The notes under the pieces were generated by a model, which was given only the letters and a program-made list of their open reading frames with translations, did not search any database and had not been told where the DNA came from. Positions 51,956-64,000 of a stretch of DNA of 64,000 nt are shown here, in pieces (positions within the stretch are counted from its first letter, which is position 1; each line of letters opens with the position of its first letter). This DNA is from the human T2T-CHM13v2.0 reference genome, Homo sapiens. The position numbers and the translations under genes were made by a program. Location of the stretch: assembly GCF_009914755.1 (NCBI RefSeq), contig NC_060932.1; one strand, 5' to 3'.

Positions 51956-52100
51956 CCAGTGCTTCTCCCCATTTAATGTGCACAGGAATCCCCCAGGGGC
52001 ATGTTAAAATGCAGATTCTGACTCAGTGGGCTTGGGGTGTGCCTGCACTCCTACAGGCTCCGGTGGTGTGTGCTGCTGGTCTTCGCCTCACACTTTGAAC
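51956..52100. mobile_element. MER5A-type MITE
   Basis: cagtgcttctc...gttaaaatgcagattctgactcagtggg...cacactttga. Confidence 0.75.
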
Positions 52101-52805
52101 TCTGAAGCTCCTTGCTATATTCCTGGTTTACTAATTGTGCCGTAGATAATCCACCTGAAGGTTAACCCACAAAACTGATAATCTACAAGCCAATATTCAA
52201 GAACTGAAGTGGTTTTTCTTCATTTTAAGCTGTGTGAGGGGGAGCTTTGTTTGGCTGAATTGGCAGAATCAGTTCTGTACTGAGTGAATGCTAGGTGTGT
52301 TAGGTAAAGTGAATGTTCGAGGGGAGTTTGTTGAGGGAGTTTGTGAACAGCTACCATATGCCGTCATTTCCAAGGCGGACCTTATTTTACATTTTGTCAT
52401 CTCTGAAATTGAGATGTGTCTTACAATGGATGGCCTCTTACCATTGCTGAGCTTGCCATTCAAGTCCGGCCCCTTCTTGCCACCCTCCCGCCCTTTGGCG
52501 AGTGGAACCGACAGCTGCTAAGGTGAGCACTTGGCATCTGCTCTCCTTGCTGCTCTCTCGTCTGACCTAGGCCTCACTCGGTCCTTCGTTTTGTCATTGT
52601 GGACTCTGAGCTTAGGATACCCTGGGCTGTACACTTGGGAATTTTTATGCTGGTCAGACATGCTGCAGGGCAAGGTGGATTTCTCGGTCTGTTGCTTGGC
52701 TTGGACATCTGTTAACTGTGGTGGCGAATCTGTTACAGATCCTTCTTTGTCTTGAGTTGGGCAGGACCTCCTCTGGGGCTGAGGTGAAGTCTTAAAGAAA
52801 GCTCT

Positions 52806-53113
52806 GGCCAAGAGTGTTGACTCTTGCCTGTAATCCTGTCACTTTTTTTGGAAGGCTGAGGGAGGGGGAATGCTTGAGACCAGGAGTTTGAGGCCAGTCA
52901 AGGCTACATAGCCAGAACGTGTCTCTACAAGTTTTTTTTGAAATTACCCAAGTGTGGTGGTGCATGCCTGTAGGTCCCAGCTACTTGGGGAGCTGAGACA
53001 AGAGGATCAATCACTTGAGCTAATGAGCTCTAGGCTGCAGTGAGCTATGATAGCACCATTGCACTCCAGCCTAGGTGACAACTCAAGACTCCATCTCTTA
53101 AAAGAAAAAAAAA
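52806..53113 (+). mobile_element. AluJ
   Basis: Diverged dimer. Confidence 0.88.
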
Positions 53114-53219
53114 TTTAAGTTCTGTAATCAAGTAAACAAGGGATCATCAATTTCACATGCCTTCTTAATTGGCAACATTGTTTTTTCTTGATGGTACACA
53201 GATTAATAATGCATTTTCA

Positions 53220-53836
<617 letters not shown>

Positions 53837-53923
53837 CTATGGTGGCTTTGGTTTGAAGAAGTTTATAAAGTTAACAAAAGTTTATCAGGAAAAGGACTGG
53901 GTTTGGAATCAAAGTATGAGTTA

Positions 53924-54035
53924 GGACCGGGCGTGGTGGCTCATGCCTGTAATCCTTGCACTTTCGGAGCCGAGATAGGAGGATCTCTTGAGCTCAGGAG
54001 TTCGAGACGCCTGGGGGGAACATAGTGATGAGACT
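53924..54035 (+). mobile_element. FLAM/Alu monomer
   Basis: ggaccgggcgtggtggctcatgcctgtaatcc...gagctcaggagttcgagac. Confidence 0.8.
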
Positions 54036-55281
54036 TCGAGAACTCGCTTTTTTTTTTTTTTTAAAGTTATGAATTAGAGTTTTGGCTCTTGCAACTTGCC
54101 AGTTGTATGACATCACTCTGGGCCTCAGTTTCTGCATGTGTAAAGTGACAGACGCTATAGTCTCCAAAGCCCTTCTAGCTCTGAATTAATTGGATTTTAA
54201 GTGTGCTAGAATGAATTAATTGAAGTATGAGGGCTCTGCATTAAGAATATAGAATAAATGATTCTCCTGGCAAGGAGGGTGTGGCAAGAGGCATCTGAAC
54301 TGGACCTCCAGGGGGAGGATGGAAGAGAAGGTATTTGAAGTTGAAGAGACATGCTAGTAGGTCACAGAGCTCCTTGGAAACCATTCATAAATTTAAGTCC
54401 TCGGATGCAGTTAATTCATGCCAGGTAGAGGTTGTTCTCAGTACAAGTAAAATAGTCTGTTGGAAGTAAGGTGATTTTTCGTGGCATTCTAAAAAGATTA
54501 TTCTTCATGAGATGCTCTTTGTTTTTGGGGTTTGAGAACAAAATAATGGTTCCCCTTTGGTTGGACTAATTAGACAAAGACACTCTAAGAATAAAATGAG
54601 CCATCCAAGTACTGGCTGTGGTCATCATTTATATGAGTATTAGGTGGCAAGGTGAATAACACAGCTACTCACCCACACTGTAGGTAAACTATACTTAACT
54701 GAGATATGGTTAAATAAAAATTGTTTCATTATGTAGTTGTACTATTTGAAGCACCAGTTTCTGTTTTATGAAGGAAATACTGCTTTGCATGTATGTTGAA
54801 TCACTTAGATGTGTTTTGAATTGGGATTTGCTGAAGACGCAGAAGCTGTTGTACTTGAGTACATGATACCTTGAAAAGAAGGAAAAAGTTTGTGTACGAG
54901 TAGTCAGCATTGTAGGTAGGAATTTCAAAGGTGAAGTAACTAATCTCGACCAGATGGGCTGTGCTCTTTTTTGGGATTTATATCCCAAAAAGGCGTTAGA
55001 ATTGGGAGTCAGAAGTGACAGACTCATGAGGTTTCTGAGTTGGGTTTTAAAATTAACAAGCATGCTGGGAATTCCATAGCCATTGGAATCTCAGATCCAC
55101 TCTGCCACCTTGTGTTCTCTTGGGAGAGTTGTTTTTAATTTCCCTACATCGTGTTTATTGCGTGTATAAAATAATCTTCAGCTTTTGCTTGATTCACAAG
55201 AAAATTAGCTAACTAATGAATGAAGCTTAAAAGGTAAATCTATATACATTTATTGAAGTATAAGGCAGCTTTTATTCCTGA

Positions 55282-55557
<276 letters not shown>

Positions 55558-55574
55558 TGAGAGACTAATTTCCA

Positions 55575-55900
55575 ATCAAAACTTTAGGTTGCAAGTGACA
55601 GAAAACCTGGATTAGGCTGCAAAATGAATTTTTTGGCTGATGGTAACTGAGAACCCCTTGCAGATAGTCAGGGCTGATGTAGGACGTGGCTGGATGCAGG
55701 CTCGTAGATGGCGTTGGAGGAGTCCATCTCTCTTCATCTGTAGGCTCCGCTCTGTGTTCCCACAGGCCTTTCCTCTGTGGCCAGGAAGGTGGAATTCTTT
55801 GATTGGCTAGACCCTGGTTACCTGCCTGTTCCTGGTGCTGCAGGTGTATCATCCTTAAATCCAAACCACATGGGCAGAGAGTAGAGGCAACGGGTAGGGT
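55575..55900 (-). mobile_element. MLT1-family LTR fragment
   Basis: taggttgcaagtgacagaaaac, ttttggctgatggtaactga, ggctggatgcagg, tctttgattggc. Confidence 0.55.
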
Positions 55901-56087
55901 AGTTCTCTAAAGGAAATAGGAGGGTTTTGTTTTTAGAGGAATGGGAAGGCAAAAGTGACATGTTGCTGTGTGTTGGAGCAATGGAACAGTGCCAGGATCC
56001 TGGACCCAAAAAGATTTGGGGGAAGGAGGGTGTCAGAAGCAATGATTTAAAAGGAAAAAGAAGGGGAGGAGGAAAAGGAGGTGGTGG

Positions 56088-56315
56088 TAATGATGATGAT
56101 GATGATGATGGTAAACATATGTTGAACCCGTACTGTGTGCCAGGGACTAGCCTAGGACTTTGTCTTATCTCATTCATCCTTCTAAAATTTGATGACATAA
56201 ATTGTAGCTGTCTCCATTTCATGTAGGAGTAAATTGAGATAGAAGAGAACAGAACCACGTAGAAGCTAGAAAGTGGCAGCAGAGCTCTGGGTTCAAATGC
56301 AGGTTTGTCACACTC
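56088..56315 (-). mobile_element. MIR with (GAT)n microsatellite
   Basis: tactgtgtgccaggg...ctccatttcatgtaggagtaaattgag...gggttcaaatgcagg. Confidence 0.75.
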
Positions 56316-56579
56316 CCAACCTGCACCCGGCCTTCAACTCTCCTGCCTTCTTGAGTCTTAGGAATTGCTGAAGGATCCCACTTGAGGGTCACTGCAGGGA
56401 AGAGGATGGAGTAGATGAAGGCTACTCCAGGTATCTCAGGGACTGGGATGTTGGTTTAGGGACAGTTTGTTACCTGTTAATGGTGAGGTAAGTACAAAAA
56501 TTGAGGGTAAGCATTCAGAAACTTGTAAAGCAATTTGACATTTACTATGAAATCCAAGTATATGATTATTTTTCTTGCA

Positions 56580-58545
<1,966 letters not shown>

Positions 58546-58619
58546 TTCATTTTTGTTGTATTTTACCAAAGTATTAATCTATAATAATTTTGGGGAAAAA
58601 TTAGTTCTTCCCCACATCA

Positions 58620-58934
<315 letters not shown>

Positions 58935-60039
58935 CACTGGAGTAGATTTCTTTGGCGATCTTTTTCAAATTAAGTGTGGATCCAGGATAGAGAGAGTTCT
59001 TTCTCTGTGCTTCCATTCTGTTCACTGAAGGCCTAACCTGACCTACCTGGCTCTGGAGCTGCCTTTGGCTTAGGCTTGTAAGAGCAGATGCTCAGATAAA
59101 AGGAGCAGAGGCTTTATTGCTCATCTGTCTTAAATCCATCTGTAAAGAATGATTTGACACATTTCTGAAAAATTAGAACATCTGTTCTTATTCTCCCCCA
59201 CCCAGCCTCTCACATTTCCTTTGACCTCTTGCTTAGTGTATTATTGAACCAAGTCTATTGACAGCTGTGATTAAAAAAAAAATCCTGGTAAACCGAGGTG
59301 TATTTTTTTTACACGATAATAGTAGCTGACTCTCTCCACTTGTTTTTATGAAAGGAAAAAAGCCATGCAGTAACTCCAGGCATGATCTTTGCTGCTGCAG
59401 GTGGTAGTGGTGGGGGTGGGCGGTAGGGAGTGTGTTTATGCTGCAGCGTGATGCAGTTTGGAGCGTGCCGAAGGACTGGCGTGGTGAGCATAGTCGTGGA
59501 GTGTTAACAGGAGAACTGCCAACCCTTAGATCCAAGAATGATTTTGATAAGGAGCCCAGCTTTAAGGAGTTTGAAGCCTATTAACATAGCTGGCATTAAC
59601 ATAGCTTCCAAGCCCCTGATTTAGGGACTTCTTACCTTGCCCGTGCTATTTTCCAGCAGATTTGCAGGTGGTGAGAGAATAATGGGAAGCCTTTTAATGT
59701 GTCTCTTAACTGTCATTCATGTTTGAGATTTAGCCTCTGGTAATGGAGCTGGTGAATTATCATTGCTGTCTATACATCCTAACCTTTTCCTACCCTGACC
59801 CTTTTCTCATGCATTTGGGCATCCTTTGATCTAAAACCTTTCTCTTATTAATCTCCCCAATTTGCTTATTTCACCTTAATGGGAATGAAACAGACCTAAG
59901 TTCAAAGGAAAGGGTAAGTCTAAGAATTCTTTCTTCTGGCAAAGATAGATCTTGACTCACTTCAACTTAGGTAGCCAAGAAAGAGGCAGATACAATCAAT
60001 CATAAGGGACAGAAAAGGTATACCAAGAGACTTGAGAGC

Positions 60040-60390
60040 ATGTGTCCATACAGAAAGGAATACACAAATGGCCAGAGCAGCGTTATTCGTAACAGAAGTG
60101 CAAACAACTCAGAGGGATAAATACTGTGGTTCCATTATGTGAGGCCCCTAGGTAGTCATTCATAGAGACGGAGAGTAGAATAGGGGCTGCCGGGCTGTGG
60201 GAAGGTGGGAGTGGGGATTAGTGTTTAATGGGGACAGAGTTTCCGTTTGGGAAGATGAAAGAGTTCTGGAGATGGATGGCAGGGATGGTTGCACGACACT
60301 GTGAATGTCCGTAATGCCACTGAACCATACATTTAAAAATGATTAAGATGGTATATTTTATGTTTGTTTTGCCACAATTTAAAAAAAATC
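60040..60390 (+). mobile_element. L1MB-like 3' end
   Basis: tagtgtttaatggggacagagtttccgtttgggaagatgaaagagttctggagatggatgg. Confidence 0.85.
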
Positions 60391-61020
60391 AGTTGTCTAA
60401 AAAAACCCACCTAGAAGGCTGTTACATTGTGATAGAAGTTGTGATTTCTCCTCTTTTGGATTAGATTAGATGCTTCTAGACTTATTAGGAGAGGAACTCT
60501 GTTGAAATAAAATCTTCTGTGTCTTAGGAACTGAAGTTCCATGTAAGTGATGAGGGAGTTTGCAGGCAGTTTAAATCTCTGGCAGCCTTTCTGCAGGCCT
60601 GTCAGGTCCTGTGGAGCTTAAACGCTTTCAGTTCTCCAATTTATCCTGTGAAACTGGGGACCAATTTTATTTGTTCTAATTTACCTATAAATTTGGAGAT
60701 GATATAGAAGTTTCTACTGAAACATACTGAAGTCTCCATTTATTTCTTCCATTTAATGAAACCTTTCAGTTGTATGGTTCTGTAGGCCACTTCTCATCAT
60801 ACATGTTTCTCCGTCAGCCCTGCTCAAATTTGGAATTAGGAGTGGTGCAGTTCAGTAGTCTTCTGTGGTTAAACCAGTGCTCTCTAAACCTTTTTATTAT
60901 GTTCCTTCTCTGTAAAAGAAAAGTGTGCAATATATGTAAATTACATACATGTCCTTCTGAACTAATATGTCATGCTTATTAAAAACAAAGCCTTTCTTAG
61001 AAAATGCTTGTTCATTCATT

Positions 61021-61315
61021 CATTTTTAGAGCCAGATCTTGCTCTGTTGCTCAGGCCAAGGGAGGTGGTGCAATCATAGCTAACTGCAGCCTTGAACTCC
61101 TAGAATCAGGCAGTCCTTCCACCTCAGCCTCCCAAGTAGCTGGTAGTACAGGTGTGCTCCACCATACCCAGCTAATTACAAACAAAAATTTTTTTTTGTA
61201 GAGACAGGATCTTGCTATGTTGCCCAGGCTGGTCTCCAGCTCCTTGCTTCAAGCAATCCTCCTGTGTTGGCCTCCCAAGTGCTGAGGTTACAGGCATGAG
61301 CCATCCCACCAAGCC
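61021..61315 (-). mobile_element. AluJ
   Basis: Diverged reverse Alu. Confidence 0.88.
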
Positions 61316-61374
61316 CTTTCTTGGAAATTAAATAAGCTAAAAAAAGAATTGAAATTGATATCATCTTTCTGCTG

Positions 61375-61446
61375 CTTAGTAGATTATTGTATATACCCCA
61401 TTCTGGAGCCCTCCTTAGTAGATATTGTACATACCCCATTCTGGAG
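61375..61446 (+). repeat. Tandem duplication, 2 copies, ~39-bp period
   Basis: cttagtagattattgtatataccccattctggag / cttagtagatattgtacataccccattctggag. Confidence 0.9.
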
Positions 61447-61602
61447 ATCCCCTTTCCAAACTTAGGGCTTATTCTTTCTGGAAGGGCTGGAGGATGCTGA
61501 CTGCTAGAGGGACAATGTGCAGGTGCTTATTAAGGAAGCTGAATATGATACCTTATTTGCTTTTATCCTGTTTGGCTTGTTGTTGATTTTGTTTTATTTT
61601 GA

Positions 61603-61884
<282 letters not shown>

Positions 61885-62464
61885 TAATAATGGCATCGAC
61901 TTGGTGAGAGTTTCACCTTTGTGTGGTAGCGGAATGCTGCCCTCAGCTTAGCTCTCCTAACGCTTCTTACATGTTTCTTTTGTGCTAGAAGTCAGTTTTT
62001 TCTATTTTTACAGACAATGATCAAGATGCTTAGAGCAACTCTGGGATAAAAAGTCAAGATGAGAGGGCTGCCTGTACAGTTGCACATAGGCCATTTGGAA
62101 ACCACTTTATCTTTCTGGGCGTTGGCTCTCCGTTTGTAAAACTGAGGGCACTGGGCTAAAGACACCTCAAATACCTTCCAGTTTTAACACTGCCACCCTA
62201 GATATGGCCCAGCCATCAGAAGGTGACCTGGGCACTTTTCTGACTTAGATATACCATGCCTGTCCCGGGCCCCACGATGAGCCTCTGTGTGGCTCTGCCA
62301 GTTCTTTGTGATGCTTTAGTGCTTATTACTTTCACTGTGCCTCCTAATCTGATTTTCACTGAATATCTGAAGCTTAGGACCCTGCAGTCTTTCCTCCTCT
62401 ACTGTTCTGTATTCTGTTTTTTTCTCCTGGCCCATCTTCCCTCTCTACCTCTTCCATCCTGTAA

Positions 62465-62750
62465 AGTGGCCCCTGACCACAAGTGGCTGCTGATCACCTG
62501 GTGCATGACTGGTCAGAATGGAGACGTGCTGTTCAGTGTAAAGTGCACAACAGCTTTCAAAAACTTGTAACAAAGGGTGTCAGATAGCTCAGTAATTGTT
62601 TGTGTTGATTGCATCTTGAAATGCAGTTAGTTTGGATTACTGGGTTAAATACAGTTATTGATTTTTACTGTCTCTTTTTACTTTTTAACGATGTAGCTTC
62701 TAGAAAGTTTACAGTGCTGTATGTGGTTTGCCTTCTGTGTCCGTGAGTGC
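62465..62750. mobile_element. MER33-like hAT element
   Basis: ccacaagtggctgctgatcacctg...gagacgtgctgttcagtgtaaa...gggttaaata...tttttactttttaa. Confidence 0.65.
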
Positions 62751-63059
62751 CGCTCTCTACCTCCCTCCTGAAGTGTTCCCGGGCCCTGAGGAGTCCCTGT
62801 TCTAAGATTACCCTGGCATTACCCCCACTGCCCACCACACAGAGCACCTCTTCTGTGCCCTGAGTCTTCTCTGAGGACAGTGCTCCCATTAGCCTTTTCC
62901 TGTAGACTTTGAGGCACTCATTTCCCCACATCTGTGCTTTGGCACAGGGCAGGTGTAGGGAACATTTTCATTGCTTACCAATGACACTTCCCTCCCAGCT
63001 GTCACATAAAGTCTCATTTGCAGCTCCTGTCGTCTGTCTTGCTGCCATCAACCAGCCTT

Positions 63060-63520
63060 TTCATCGTGCCCTGACAGTCACCAAAGACGGTGGCACCTGC
63101 CTCCTTCTCTTTGTCTGCATCCATGCCCTCCATGGTTCTGGTGCCTCCACTGTCCTCACGGAAGACCCTCCCACCACTCTCTCTGCATGAATGGTGAAGT
63201 GTCCCGGGGTCTAGCCTCTGTTGCTCTTCTTATTTTCCCTAGGCGTTCTGTCTCACACACAAGGTTTTGAGGCTTTTCTTAGCATCTGCAGGCTGGTAAT
63301 TTCCTCATCTGTATTCCAGCCTTGGCCTTTCTTGCTGAGGTCTGCATTTGTATATTTCATTGTTTCCAGCATATCTCCCGTTTGTCCCTCAGACACTTCA
63401 GGTAAACTTTTCCCAGGAAAGCTCACCGTCTCTCCCTAGCTCCTTGAAGTCTTTTCTCCCTTACATATCTCCCATCTCAGATGGTGGCATCTTGCCAGTC
63501 ACCTCAAATAGAACAATAAA
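63060..63520 (+). mobile_element. L2 fragment
   Basis: Pyrimidine-rich L2-like motifs (catctgtattccagcc, tctcccatctcagatggtggca, ttgccagtcacctca). Confidence 0.5.
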
Positions 63521-63537
63521 ATTCATTTTTATAGGGA

Positions 63538-63848
<311 letters not shown>

Positions 63849-64000
63849 TGAACCAGCCTAAGCAGTCGTTAAACTTTCAGCTGTTCTTTTTCTTTTAAAA
63901 ACTTAATGTGTGAAGTTGATACACTCATCCCATTCTTGCACTTCACCTCAGGACTTCCTTTCCTTCGGTGGGCCTTGTTTGGACTGAGGATTGCAAGTAG

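Overview
Human (primate) genomic DNA, Alu/L1/L2/MIR-rich, containing the 5' two-thirds of EXTL3 (exostosin-like glycosyltransferase 3, heparan sulfate chain initiation) on the + strand. A CpG-island promoter (~25.2-26.7 kb) is followed by non-coding exon 1 (ends 25863), non-coding exon 2 (37662-37755), a very large exon 3 (39790-42412, ATG at 40265), exon 4 (55429-55556) and exon 5 (61725-61869). The CDS continues beyond the window (807 codons seen). The first 25 kb is repeat-dominated, with an ERVL gag relic, MaLR solo LTRs, hAT MITEs and nested Alu/L1 insertions. Almost all short ORFs in the supplied track are Alu/L1 or GC-rich artefacts. I see no new gene system. The most interesting structure is post-transcriptional: a 5' leader with 11 upstream AUGs, including a (GCG)n poly-Ala uORF. 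Exons 2 and 3 both end in ATG at phase 0, so exon-3 skipping or back-splicing would give defined alternative proteins. The promoter carries a divergent inverted pair of ETS/YY1-Kozak motifs. Repeat family calls are from recalled consensus sequences and their boundaries are approximate.
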